Shown here: piece by piece, positions 32,620 through 42,397 of the stretch | How positions within the stretch are numbered: the first letter of the stretch is position 1 | Layout of the letters: every line of letters begins with the position of its first letter | Source of the DNA: Anaeromyxobacteraceae bacterium | GTDB lineage: Bacteria > Myxococcota > Myxococcia > Myxococcales > Anaeromyxobacteraceae | Direction: 5' to 3' | Length of the DNA: 64,000 nt | Assembly (NCBI GenBank): GCA_047602405.1 | Contig: JASGHJ010000002.1 | Span: forward strand, 3,104,001 to 3,168,000 | Notes under the pieces: generated by a model | Seen by the model: the letters and a program-made list of their open reading frames with translations, nothing else | Database searches by the model: none | Told to the model about the DNA's origin: nothing | Translations under genes and position numbers: made by a program

Positions 32620-33513
32620 CTACGTGGCCGGCGCGCGCGCCGCGCCGACGTTCACGTGCATGAGCCAGGTGCCGGGTGGGAACACGGTCTGGCGCAGCCC
32701 CGAGCAGAACCGCTCCAGCGCCGCCTCGTAGGCGTCCCAGAACCCCTGCAGGTCCTGGAGCGCCTGGATCCGCCGCCACTTGTCGCGCGCCGCCACCTTG
32801 GGGTTGAGCTGCCCCGCCGGCGCGCGCTCTCCGGGGTGCTGCCACCAGCGCTGCCTGCGGACCTTTTCGCCGCCCTTGAACTTGCGTCGCGTTCCGTCGT
32901 CGTTCCGCGTGGCCTTGCGCTCGAGCTCCGCGAGCGCACCCTCGAGCGACTTCCGGAAGGCGTCGGCGTTTCGCCCCGGCGGAGGCACGAGCGGGAGCTC
33001 CACCTCGTCCGGGAGGGCGCCGAGCTCGTCGAAGAAGATGTCTGGCCGCTCGAACGTCCGCGGCTCGCCTCCGATCCACTCCGGGGCCGACCAGAGGCCA
33101 GGCCAGAGCCGCCCGTGCTCCACGAGGCCGGCCGCCACCGGGTTCGCGAGCGTGTACGCCGCCTTCGCGACGACGTCGTCCTCGGACTGGAGCGTGACCG
33201 CGCTGTAGCTCCCGGGCGCCCAGGCCGACTCGAAGCGGCCGTGATACGTGTTGAGGAAGCGCGCCAGGATCGCGTTCAGCTCCTGCGCGAACCACGGCAG
33301 CACGCCCTTCGGATCGGTGAGAACGAGGTGGTAATGGTTCGAGAGCACGCAATACGCGTGAATCTCGATCCCGTACTTCTCGGCCACGAGCGCGAGGACG
33401 TAGCCGAAGGCCGCGCTGATGGTGGGCGTCGGGGTCAGCAGGAAGAGCCGCTGCATCGTCCTGCGGGTGAAGAGGTAGGTCTTGCCCGGGAGCACCTGGC
33501 GCGGGAGGGTCAT
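32620..33513 (-). mobile_element. Y1 HUH tyrosine transposase, RAYT-like
   Basis: N-terminal T-x-R (FTRRT), YCVLSNHYHL HUH motif, AYTLANPVAAGL; no adjacent tnpB; hairpins on both flanks. Confidence 0.8.
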
Positions 33514-33743
33514 GCCCGGCGGCATTTCATGCCCCGTGCCGCGGCAGAACTGCTGTGCCCCAGCAATTCCAAGATCGGGCCACGGTCCGCGCCGCGGACC
33601 ATGGTCCGCGCGGCGGACCTCTGGGTCAGGGGGGAGAGGCGGCGGCTGGGAGCGTCCCCCGCGGGGGGATACCTCCCTCCGTGCATCCGTCACGGCGCGG
33701 GGGTGCGAACGGAGATTCTAGAATCCCCTGCATGTGGATCACC

Positions 33744-36587
33744 ATGCGTCCGACCCGGGCTCCGGCCTCGCTGCTCCTGACGACTGCGCTCCTCGCGGCC
33801 ACCTCGAGCGGCTGCTCGCGCGACCTCGGCGTGCCGGGCGCGTCCCCTCCGGCGATCTCCACGGTCGCCGTGGTCGGCCTCGAGGCGCGGGCGCTCCCGA
33901 GCAAGCTCCCGGTCCTCGCGGGCGAGCGCGTCGCGGTCGCGGGCTCGGGGTTCCCGGAGCTCCAGGAGCAGGTGCAGGTACAGGTCGGCGGGGAGGCCGC
34001 GCGGGTGGTCTCCACCTCGGCCACGCGCCTGGTCGTCGAGGTCCCCGTCCTCGGCGCCACCGGCGACGTCGACCTCACCGTCACCACCTCCGCGGGCTTC
34101 GGCACGCTCGCGAAGGCCCTGCGCTACGACGGCCCGGGCCTCCCCCGCGGCACCTCGGTGTCCGACCTCCAGACCGCGATCGGCCTCGCCGGCGTCGTGC
34201 CGGCGGAGCCCGGCAACGCGGTCACCGGCTTCGCGGACGTGGCGGTCGCGTTCGGCGGCGGCGACTCGGCGCTGCTCGTCTACCCGAACGCCGGGATCGC
34301 GGCGAGCACCATCCCGCTCGGCCTCCTCCCCGGCAGCCTCGCGGCGCGCCTGAGCCCGTCGGGCCCGAACTTCCTCGTCGAGGTCCTCGCGCTCGACGAC
34401 CGCGGCCGCGTCGGCCTGGGCCAGGTCACCATCTCCTCCACCGGCGCGATCGTCTCCCGCTCCGAGCAGCGCACCCTCACCTCGCCCATCACGCCGAAGG
34501 ACTGCCGCTCCCCGCACGTCCTCTTCACGAAGCTCGGCACGCCGGTCGGCGCCTGGGTCCGCGGCGCCGACTCGGTCCCCCTCATCGCCACGATCGATCT
34601 CGGCGCCGCCGGGACCCAGTACGCGCCGAAGGGCGGCGTGGTCCGCCCCACCGGCGGCGAGGTCTCCGGCTGGGCGACCTGGAAGGGCGACCTCGTCGTC
34701 TACGCCGCCGGAGACGACGTCTTCCTCTACGACGCCGGGACGCAGGCCGCACCGGCGCCGCTCTCCATCCTCGGCCAGTCCGTGAAGGCGCGCCTCCTCG
34801 CCGGCTGCGCGGCCGGCGCCATCGACGAGGTGCACACCGTCGCGCTCGCGTCCTCGCTCGGCGCGGACGCCCTCGCGATCGGCTACCGGTCCGGCGGCCT
34901 CGAGCGGGTGGCGCTCGTCGACCTCCTCACCGGCGTGGTCCACCGGGGCATCTCCGGCCTGCCCGCGAGCGCCCTCTCGCTCGCGCCGGTGGCGCCGTAC
35001 ACCGGCGTGGGGGGCTGGTACGTGCTCGCCGCGGTGGGCGGCAACCTCGTGCGCTTCTCCGCGGTGCCGAACGGCACCGCCTGCGGCGAGGACCTCGCGC
35101 CGGACGCCTCGCTCCCCCTCTCCTCGAACGCCTTCGCGGCCCTGCCCGGCTTCGCGGGCCTGGCGCCCTTCACCGGCGGCACCCGCGTCCTCTCGGTCAC
35201 GCCCGGCGGCGACCTCGTCACCGTCCTCCCGCCCACCCTCTCCTCGCCCGGCGCCGTCTTCCGCTTCGCGAGCTACGGCCGGGTCTCGACCACCATCGCC
35301 CCCGTCTCGATCGGCGGCGTCGACGCCTTCGTCACGCTCGCGGTCGCGGAGCACACCTCGGTCTCGAGCACCTCCGCGCTCCTCGACACCGGCTCGGCCG
35401 AGCTCGTGCTCGCGCTCGACGCCGGCGACCGCCCGCTCGCGCTCGGCGGCTCCGGCTTCGGCCGCGGCGCGGTCTGGGTCAAGAACCCCACCGCCGGCCA
35501 GAGCTGGGACGGCGCGCTCGCGTACTCGGGCGACCTGCCCCGGAACCTCGACACGTCCACCGGCGGCAAGCTCCAGGGCGCCTCCGCGGCGGTGACCTCC
35601 TTCAAGATGGACACCACCTGCTCGCCGAGGCCGGAGATGGAGATCGTCGGCTCCGCGCCGCTCGCCGGCAACCCGGACCTCGTCGCCCAGGGCCCGGCGC
35701 GCTCCGGCCAGCTCGGCCCGGACGGCCACGCACGCTACGGCCCGACCTCGGCCCCGACCTACCTCGTGTCCGGCACCAGCCTCACCGGCATCGGCACCGC
35801 CTCCTCCGACGCCTGCCTCTCCCCGGTCGGCGGGCTCGACTCGCTCGCCTGCACCGGCGCCTCGAAGGAGCTCGGGGTGGCCCCGGTCGACCTCACCCTC
35901 TCCGCCGGCGACACCGCCGTCGCGGCGCGCTCGCTCTCGACCACCTGCAAGCCCTGCAGGCTGCCCTTCGCCTGCAGCGGCACCGGCCCCGGCGCGAAGT
36001 GCGCCGAGGGCGACGTCCTCTGCCAGCGCGCGTTCTGCCCGGTCGCGCCGTCGCTCCGCGTGGTCCCGCTCACCGCGTCCGGCGCGGGCCACGACGTCGC
36101 GCTCCCCGCCGCGCCGGTCTCGGCCACCGCCGACCGCGCGGGCGGCTTCCTCGTCACGCTGCCCTGCGCCCTCGCCGGCGCCGGCTTCCCGGCGCCCTTC
36201 GACGCGCTCTGCCCGAAGCTCGAGGCGGACCTCGCGACGACCGGCGCGCTCGCCTTCGTGCCGGAGGACGGGGCCGCGCCCACCTTCCTCGCCGTGCTGC
36301 CCGGCCTCGCCGGCGCCGTCGCCGAGACGCCGAACGGCGCCGAGGCCTGGGTCTCCGGCCCGGTGAAGAGCGGGGCGCTGCACCTCACCCGGCTCTCGCT
36401 CCCCCGCGACCCCCGGACCGGCGCCCTCGACCTCTCGCGCCGGGCGACGCTCGCCGGCGTCCAGCCGCTCGGGACGGCGGGCGAGGCCGTCGGGGCGTAC
36501 GCGGCGAGCGGGATCACCTTCACGCCGGACGGCGCCACCGCGGTCGTCACCGTGCCGGCCGACTACCGGATCCTGCTCCTGGAGTAA
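33744..36587 (+). CDS. Large lipoprotein with IPT/TIG domain and Cys-rich segment
   Basis: Lipobox-like ATSSGC; GERVAVAGSGF...VQVGG...TRLVVEVP; beta-rich. Confidence 0.7.
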   Translation: MRPTRAPASLLLTTALLAATSSGCSRDLGVPGASPPAISTVAVVGLEARALPSKLPVLAGERVAVAGSGFPELQEQVQVQVGGEAARVVSTSATRLVVEVPVLGATGDVDLTVTTSAGFGTLAKALRYDGPGLPRGTSVSDLQTAIGLAGVVPAEPGNAVTGFADVAVAFGGGDSALLVYPNAGIAASTIPLGLLPGSLAARLSPSGPNFLVEVLALDDRGRVGLGQVTISSTGAIVSRSEQRTLTSPITPKDCRSPHVLFTKLGTPVGAWVRGADSVPLIATIDLGAAGTQYAPKGGVVRPTGGEVSGWATWKGDLVVYAAGDDVFLYDAGTQAAPAPLSILGQSVKARLLAGCAAGAIDEVHTVALASSLGADALAIGYRSGGLERVALVDLLTGVVHRGISGLPASALSLAPVAPYTGVGGWYVLAAVGGNLVRFSAVPNGTACGEDLAPDASLPLSSNAFAALPGFAGLAPFTGGTRVLSVTPGGDLVTVLPPTLSSPGAVFRFASYGRVSTTIAPVSIGGVDAFVTLAVAEHTSVSSTSALLDTGSAELVLALDAGDRPLALGGSGFGRGAVWVKNPTAGQSWDGALAYSGDLPRNLDTSTGGKLQGASAAVTSFKMDTTCSPRPEMEIVGSAPLAGNPDLVAQGPARSGQLGPDGHARYGPTSAPTYLVSGTSLTGIGTASSDACLSPVGGLDSLACTGASKELGVAPVDLTLSAGDTAVAARSLSTTCKPCRLPFACSGTGPGAKCAEGDVLCQRAFCPVAPSLRVVPLTASGAGHDVALPAAPVSATADRAGGFLVTLPCALAGAGFPAPFDALCPKLEADLATTGALAFVPEDGAAPTFLAVLPGLAGAVAETPNGAEAWVSGPVKSGALHLTRLSLPRDPRTGALDLSRRATLAGVQPLGTAGEAVGAYAASGITFTPDGATAVVTVPADYRILLLE

Positions 36588-36598
36588 GCTCCGGGGCC

Positions 36599-38029
36599 TT
36601 GGCTCCCCCGGACCCGGATCTCGACGCCCAGCGCGCGCGCACGAAGCCCATCGACGACGCAGAGGTCGCGCTCGTCCGCTCGGTCGTCTCCGAGGCGGAG
36701 TGGCTCTCGGAGCCCGACGAGGCGGCGCTCCGCTACGCGCTCGGGCTCGCGCGGCTCGGGCAGGTCCGCGCCCCCGGCGGCGCGGACGTGGACCTCGCCC
36801 CGCTCCTCGCGCCCTGGCACGAGGAGGTCACGGCCCGGCTCGTCCCGCCGCTCCTCGCGAGGGGTGGCCCGGATCGCGGGGAGGTGCTGCGGCTCCTCCA
36901 CGACGCCGCGGTGCACGCCCGGGCCTGGCGCGCCCGCGTCATCGAGGCCCACGGGGAGCGCCTCCCGCCCGGCGCGCTCGACCGCGAGATCTGCGAGCGC
37001 GCGCTCGTGCTCGTCGCGGGCGGCGGCGGCGGGGTGGCCTGGAGCTACGTCGGCGCGTTCGAGCTCCTCGAGCAGTACGGGCTCGCGCCGCGCCTCCTCG
37101 CCGGCACGAGCATGGGCGCCGTCCTCATGCTCTTCCGCGCCCGCCGCGCGCGGTGGAACCCGGAGGACTTCGAGGCCGCGCTCGGCTCGCTCACGGTGAA
37201 GACGCTCTTCCGGTTCCTGCAGACCGGCTCGCGCTGGGGGCTCCCCGCCGCGCTGCGCCTCTACCTGCGGGCCGCGATCGGCGAGTTCCTCAAGGGCCCC
37301 GACGGCCACCCGCTCACGCTCGGGCAGCTCGTCGTGCCGATGATCGTGACGGTGACCGGCATCCGCAACGGCGCCCTCCCCCGCGATCCCTCCTACTACG
37401 AGCACCTCCTCGACGCCGAGGCCCGGAGCGGCCCCTTCGCCGCGCGCCGGTACGCGACGGCCATCTTCCGCGCGGTCGGCGAGCTCATGGTCCAGCGGGA
37501 CCGGCTCGCCCGCATCTACCTCGGCGCCGACGAGGAGACCCGCGCGTTCGACGCCATCGACGCGGTCGGCTTCTCCTCCGCGCTCCCCGGCGTCATCCAC
37601 TACGACGTGCTCCGGGACGACGAGCGCATGCACCGGCTGCTCGGCGACCTCTTCGCGCGCCACGATCTCTTCCGGCTCGTCGACGGCGGCCTCGTCGACA
37701 ACCTGCCCGCCCGCGCGGCGTGGGGCGCGGTGCAGCGCGGGACGATCGGCACGCGCAACGCGTTCGTGCTCGCGCTCGAGGGCTTCGGCCCGAAGCTCGG
37801 CCAGCCGCTGTGGTACGGGCTCGAGCAGCTCGCCGCGCAGAACGTGGCGCGGAGCCTGCCGTTCGTGCACCACCGGCGCTCGTTCCAGCGGGTGCTCTCG
37901 CCCGCCGAGGTCGTGCCCTCGGCGGCGGCGCTCGGCCGGGCGGTGCGCGACGGGAAGTCGGAGCTCCACCCCGACATGCCCTTCGTGGCCCGGATGTGCC
38001 GCCCGTTCCGGCCGCCCGCGGGAGGGTAG
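36599..38029 (+). CDS. Patatin-like phospholipase
   Basis: GGGGG oxyanion loop, GTSMG nucleophile, DGG; start (TTG) uncertain. Confidence 0.8.
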   Translation: MAPPDPDLDAQRARTKPIDDAEVALVRSVVSEAEWLSEPDEAALRYALGLARLGQVRAPGGADVDLAPLLAPWHEEVTARLVPPLLARGGPDRGEVLRLLHDAAVHARAWRARVIEAHGERLPPGALDREICERALVLVAGGGGGVAWSYVGAFELLEQYGLAPRLLAGTSMGAVLMLFRARRARWNPEDFEAALGSLTVKTLFRFLQTGSRWGLPAALRLYLRAAIGEFLKGPDGHPLTLGQLVVPMIVTVTGIRNGALPRDPSYYEHLLDAEARSGPFAARRYATAIFRAVGELMVQRDRLARIYLGADEETRAFDAIDAVGFSSALPGVIHYDVLRDDERMHRLLGDLFARHDLFRLVDGGLVDNLPARAAWGAVQRGTIGTRNAFVLALEGFGPKLGQPLWYGLEQLAAQNVARSLPFVHHRRSFQRVLSPAEVVPSAAALGRAVRDGKSELHPDMPFVARMCRPFRPPAGG

Positions 38030-38110
38030 CGCTCATCCTGAGCGTGCCTCGACTCCGGCCCCTGCTGCGCAGGGGCCTACGCTCGGCATGAGCGGCCGGA
38101 GTCGAAGGAC
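38030..38110. repeat. Nested REP-like copies (inverted copy inside a forward copy)
   Basis: Outer CGCTCATCCTGAGCGT...CCGGAGTCGAAGGAC; inner 38046-38095 is a minus-strand copy CCGCTCATGCCGAGCGTAG-hairpin-CGGAGTCGAGGC. Confidence 0.7.
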
Positions 38111-38114
38111 CGCG

Positions 38115-38143
38115 TTGAAATCCCCCTCCGGCTGGGGCATCTT
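38115..38143 (+). promoter_or_regulatory. Putative sigma70 promoter of ilvE
   Basis: TTGAAA-N17-CATCTT, 8 nt before the ATG. Confidence 0.45.
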
Positions 38144-38151
38144 CCGCGACC

Positions 38152-39081
38152 ATGGCGATCAAGACCAAGTCCGACGCGATCTGGATGGACGGCAAGCTCG
38201 TGCCCTTCGAGGAGTCGAAGGTCCACGTCCTCACCCACACGCTCCACTACGGCGTGGCGGTGTTCGAGGGCATCCGCGCGTACCGGACCGCCGAGGGCCG
38301 CTCCAACGTCTTCCGCCTGAAGGAGCACATCCGCCGCCTCTTCGACTCGGCGCACATCTACATGATGCAGATCCCGTTCACGCCCGCCGAGCTCGAGCAG
38401 GCGTGCATCGAGACGCTCAAGGCGAACAAGCTCGCCGAGGGCTACATCCGCCCGCTCGCGTTCTACGGCGCGGGCGCGCTCGGGGTCGGCGCCGTGAACG
38501 AGGTGCAGGTCATCATCGCGGTCTGGCCGTGGGGCGCCTACCTGTCGGAGGAGGGGCTGCGCCGCGGCATCCGCGCGAAGATCTCGAGCTTCAACCGGAT
38601 GCACGTGAACGTGAACATGGTCCGGGCGAAGGCGTCCGGGCAGTACGTGAACTCGTTCCTCGCCACGCGCGAGGCGGCGCTCGGCGGCTTCGAGGAGGCG
38701 ATCCTCCTCGACACCGAGGGCTACCCCTCGGAGGGCTCGGGCGAGAACCTCTTCATGATCAAGAACGGGGTCGTCTTCACGCCGCCCCTCTCCTCCGCGG
38801 TGCTCGACGGGATCACCCGCGCCTCGGTCATCCAGATCGCCCGCGACCTCGGCATCCCGGTGAAGGAGGAGAAGTTCACCCGCGACTCGCTCTACCTCGC
38901 CGACGAGGTCTTCATGACCGGGACCGCCGCCGAGGTGACCCCGGTCCGCGAGATCGACCACCGGAAGATCGGCATCGGCGAGGCCGGCCCCATCACGAAG
39001 AAGCTCCAGGCCGCCTACTTCGCCGCCGTGAAGGGGGCTGACCCGAAGTACAAGGCCTGGCTGAGCCCCTTCGAGGTCTAG
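38152..39081 (+). CDS. ilvE: Branched-chain amino acid aminotransferase
   Basis: [38 protein letters not shown]. Confidence 0.95.
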   Translation: MAIKTKSDAIWMDGKLVPFEESKVHVLTHTLHYGVAVFEGIRAYRTAEGRSNVFRLKEHIRRLFDSAHIYMMQIPFTPAELEQACIETLKANKLAEGYIRPLAFYGAGALGVGAVNEVQVIIAVWPWGAYLSEEGLRRGIRAKISSFNRMHVNVNMVRAKASGQYVNSFLATREAALGGFEEAILLDTEGYPSEGSGENLFMIKNGVVFTPPLSSAVLDGITRASVIQIARDLGIPVKEEKFTRDSLYLADEVFMTGTAAEVTPVREIDHRKIGIGEAGPITKKLQAAYFAAVKGADPKYKAWLSPFEV

Positions 39082-39245
39082 GCGCCCGCGCGCAGCCCCC
39101 CGCAGAGCCCTCCTCCGAGGGGGCACACCGGGCGTGCAACCTCCTGAAATCCCAGCGAAGGCGCACACTTCCCGACCCCCCCCGTTCTCGGGTCCGGGAA
39201 CAAAGGTGGAGGTGTGCCCGTTCCCCCTGCCGAACGAAGGCTGCA

Positions 39246-39275
39246 TTGACCTTTGAAAGGGCTTTCGGCTAGATT
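39246..39275 (+). promoter_or_regulatory. Putative sigma70 promoter
   Basis: TTGACC-N18-TAGATT upstream of the Fic gene. Confidence 0.45.
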
Positions 39276-39409
39276 CCCCCCGCCTTCGGGGTCTGTAGCC
39301 CGAAATCCCTTGGAACTACATAGGCTTGGCGCCGGTCGCCGCGTTGCTCTCCCGCAACTTTTTCAGCGATGAAGCGCGCAGACCCCCGGCCTTCGAGGAG
39401 TGCTCGAAC

Positions 39410-40177
39410 ATGCGGACCCGTTACGTCGACTTCGATGACCGGATGGAGGACCTGACGGACCGGATGCGCATCGATCCGGAGCTCTCCCAGGATTTCCTCA
39501 GCAAGTACGAGCTCTCCTGGCTGTACCACGAGAACGCGCTCGAGGGCGTCGTGTACTCGGGCCAGGAGCTCTCGACGGCGCTCGCCGGTGCGCCGCTCGC
39601 CGATGCCACGTTCGTCTCCGCGCTCCAGTCGATCCGCAACCACAAGGTCGCGCTCGACCTCGTGCGCGAGGAGGCGGCGGCGAAGAAGGTGAAGGTCAAC
39701 CTCACCCTCGTGAAGAAGCTGCACGAGACGCTGTGCGCCGGGCACGAAGGCCGCGCCCAGGCCGACTGGCGCGAGGACATGCCGCTGCACCGCGCCTACT
39801 ACCACGAGATCGCGCAGCCCCCGAAGATCGCCCCGCTCCTGCAGAAGGTCCTGGACGCCTGCGATTCCGCCGACTTCCGCGGCTCGCACCCGATCCAGCA
39901 GGCGGCGAAGCTCCAGCACGGCTTCATGCAGGCCTTCCCGTTCACCGACAACTCCGGCCGGGTGGCGCGCCTGCTCGGGAACCTCCTCCTGTTCCACGGC
40001 GGCTACAAGCTCGCGCTCATCATCCACGCAACCGACCGGCAGCGGTACTACGACTCGCTCCGCATGCCGGAGGCGTCGCTCCGCGACCTCATGATCGAGG
40101 CGCTCGACAACGCCCTCTCGCAGGCCGAGAAGTTCTTCGCCCAGGCTCCCCGCCGGTCGAAGCGCTCCGCCCGCTAG
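39410..40177 (+). CDS. Fic-family protein with degenerate catalytic motif
   Basis: AFPFTDNSGRVAR versus canonical HPFxDGNGRxxR; YHENALEG. Confidence 0.75.
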   Translation: MRTRYVDFDDRMEDLTDRMRIDPELSQDFLSKYELSWLYHENALEGVVYSGQELSTALAGAPLADATFVSALQSIRNHKVALDLVREEAAAKKVKVNLTLVKKLHETLCAGHEGRAQADWREDMPLHRAYYHEIAQPPKIAPLLQKVLDACDSADFRGSHPIQQAAKLQHGFMQAFPFTDNSGRVARLLGNLLLFHGGYKLALIIHATDRQRYYDSLRMPEASLRDLMIEALDNALSQAEKFFAQAPRRSKRSAR

Positions 40178-40367
40178 CACCCCCCTAAGGGTCCCATCGG
40201 CCGGGCTGAACCCCTCCATCGGGGGGTTCGCCCGGCCGTTTCCTTTCCGGCCACATGGGGCAGCGCCCGACGCAACTTGCTTGGATCACAGGACTTTGTC
40301 GCGGAGCCCGGTCGCGGAATGGGCAGGCGTGGCGGGCCGAGGTCCCGTAATGTATACGTCGCGCCCC

Positions 40368-41276
40368 ATGCTGCTCGGAGCCCACGAAGGAATTGCCGGT
40401 GGTGTGTCCACCGCATTCGGCCGCGCCGAGGAGGACGGCGCCGACTGCGTCCAGATCTTCACGCGCAACGCGCGCGGCTGGGCGGCGAAGCCCCTCGAGG
40501 ACGAGGAGGTGTCTCGGTTCCGGGCCGAGGCGCGCCGCACCGGGCTCCCGGTCGCGGCCCACGCCTCCTACCTCATCAACGCCGCGGCCTCCGACCGGGT
40601 CGTCCGCAAGAAGAGCTTCGACGCCCTCGCCGACGAGCTCGGCCGGTGCGAGACCCTCGGCATCCCACACCTGATCTTCCACCCGGGCAGCCACCCCGAC
40701 CACCGGGAGGGCACCCGCATCGCCGGCGAGGCCATGACGCGGGCGCTCGAGAAGGTCCCCGGGAAGGCCCGGCTCCTCGTCGAGACGACCGCCGGCCAGG
40801 GCGACTGCCTCGGCTGGCGCTTCGAGGAGGTCGCCGCGCTCCGCGAGGCCGTGCCGGGGGCGCTCCGCCGCCGGGTCGGCGTCTGCGTCGACACGTGCCA
40901 CGTGTACGCGTCGGGCTACGACCTCGGCACCGAGGACGGCTACGAGAAGACCATCGCCGAGCTCGACCGGGTGGTCGGCCTCGGCAACGTCCGCGCGTTC
41001 CACCTCAACGACTCGAAGAAGCCGCTCGGCTGCCGCGTCGACCGGCACGAGCACATCGGCGACGGCGCCATGGGGCTCGCGCCGTTCCGCTTCCTCGTCA
41101 ACGACCCCCGCTTCGCGGACGTGCCCGGGTTCCTCGAGACCGAGCTCAGGTTCAAGGAGAACCTGGCCGTGCTGCGCTCCCTGATCCGCAAGGGCGGCGC
41201 CGCCACGTCCATCGCGAAGCCGCAGAAGCCGTCCGCGCGACGCGGCGCCCCGCGCGCCGCAGAAGCCGCGCCATGA
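40368..41276 (+). CDS. nfo: Endonuclease IV
   Basis: GAH, QIF, HASYLIN, HPG, ETTAGQG, DTCH, HLNDSK, DRHEHIG. Confidence 0.93.
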   Translation: MLLGAHEGIAGGVSTAFGRAEEDGADCVQIFTRNARGWAAKPLEDEEVSRFRAEARRTGLPVAAHASYLINAAASDRVVRKKSFDALADELGRCETLGIPHLIFHPGSHPDHREGTRIAGEAMTRALEKVPGKARLLVETTAGQGDCLGWRFEEVAALREAVPGALRRRVGVCVDTCHVYASGYDLGTEDGYEKTIAELDRVVGLGNVRAFHLNDSKKPLGCRVDRHEHIGDGAMGLAPFRFLVNDPRFADVPGFLETELRFKENLAVLRSLIRKGGAATSIAKPQKPSARRGAPRAAEAAP

Positions 41277-42397
41277 AGCCCGCCCGCATGAACACGCCCG
41301 ACAACCTTCCCCGCTCGCGCTCCGGCGCACCCGTGCGCTCCGCGCGCATGTCGCTCGATCCGCGCCAGCCCGAGACCGTGAAGGAGAAGCTCGACCGGCT
41401 CGTGCAGTACGCGAAGAGCCACGAGCGGGCGCTCATCCTCACCCACGACAACCCGGATCCGGACTCCATCGCGGCCGGCGTGGCGCTCGCGCACCTGCTC
41501 GAGAAGCTCGCGGGCGTCGAGGCGATCGTGGCGTACGGCGGCATCGTGGGGCGCGCCGAGAACCGCGCGCTGCTGAAGGTCCTGAAGCTCCCGGTGGTGC
41601 CGCTCGCCCGCGTGGTGTTCGACGACTACGACCTCATCTGCATGGTCGACACCCAGCCCGAGCAGGGGAACCACTCCCTGCCCGCGCGGCACTTCCCCGA
41701 CGTCGTCATCGACCACCACCCCGAGCGGCCGGACTCGCACCTCGCGCCCATCGCCGACGTGGGCGGGCCGATCGGCGCGACCTCGACGCTCGTCGCCGAG
41801 TACTTCCGCGCGAGCGGCCTCAAGGTGCCGCCGGCGGTCGCGACCGCGCTCTTCTACGGCGTGAAGGCCGACACCCGCGACCTCGGGCGCCAGACCACGC
41901 ACCAGGACATCGAGGCGTACCTCTGGCTCTTCCCGATGGCCGACAAGGAGGCGCTCGCGCAGATCGAGCACCCGCGCCTCCCGCTCGACTACTTCCGCCT
42001 GTACCACGGGGCGATCGAGAAGGCGCAGGTGTTCGGGGACGAGGCGGTGGTGTGCGACCTCGGCGAGATCTACACGCCGGACATGGTCGCCGAGGTGGCC
42101 GAGCGCTTCATGTTCCTCGAGGGCATGCGCTGGTCGCTCGCGTTCGGCCTGTACGAGGACGCGCTCTACTACTCGCTCCGCACGAACGACCGCCGCATGA
42201 ACGCCGGCCGGCTCATCCGCGACGTCATCGAGGTGAAGGGCGGCGTCGCCGGTGGCCACGGCTCGATGGCCGGGGCCCGCCTCCCCGCGAAGAAGCTCAC
42301 GCCGGCGGGCCTCAAGAAGCTGCGCGAGGAGGTCGTGCGGTCCTTCCTCGACGCGTTCGGCGTGAAGGCGAAGAAGCCCCGGAAGATCGTCGACTGA
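41273..42397 (+). CDS. DHH family phosphoesterase
   Basis: HDNPDPD, VDTQ, IDHH, GGHGSMAG; start could be 41348. Confidence 0.88.
   Translation: MKPARMNTPDNLPRSRSGAPVRSARMSLDPRQPETVKEKLDRLVQYAKSHERALILTHDNPDPDSIAAGVALAHLLEKLAGVEAIVAYGGIVGRAENRALLKVLKLPVVPLARVVFDDYDLICMVDTQPEQGNHSLPARHFPDVVIDHHPERPDSHLAPIADVGGPIGATSTLVAEYFRASGLKVPPAVATALFYGVKADTRDLGRQTTHQDIEAYLWLFPMADKEALAQIEHPRLPLDYFRLYHGAIEKAQVFGDEAVVCDLGEIYTPDMVAEVAERFMFLEGMRWSLAFGLYEDALYYSLRTNDRRMNAGRLIRDVIEVKGGVAGGHGSMAGARLPAKKLTPAGLKKLREEVVRSFLDAFGVKAKKPRKIVD

Noticed and set aside
32620..33513. IS200/IS605 element with TnpB
   Set aside because: No tnpB is adjacent, and the protein is much longer than IS200 TnpA.
40340..40367. dif-like GGTCCCGTAA-TGTATA
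   Set aside because: The XerD arm is absent; it lies in the nfo promoter region.
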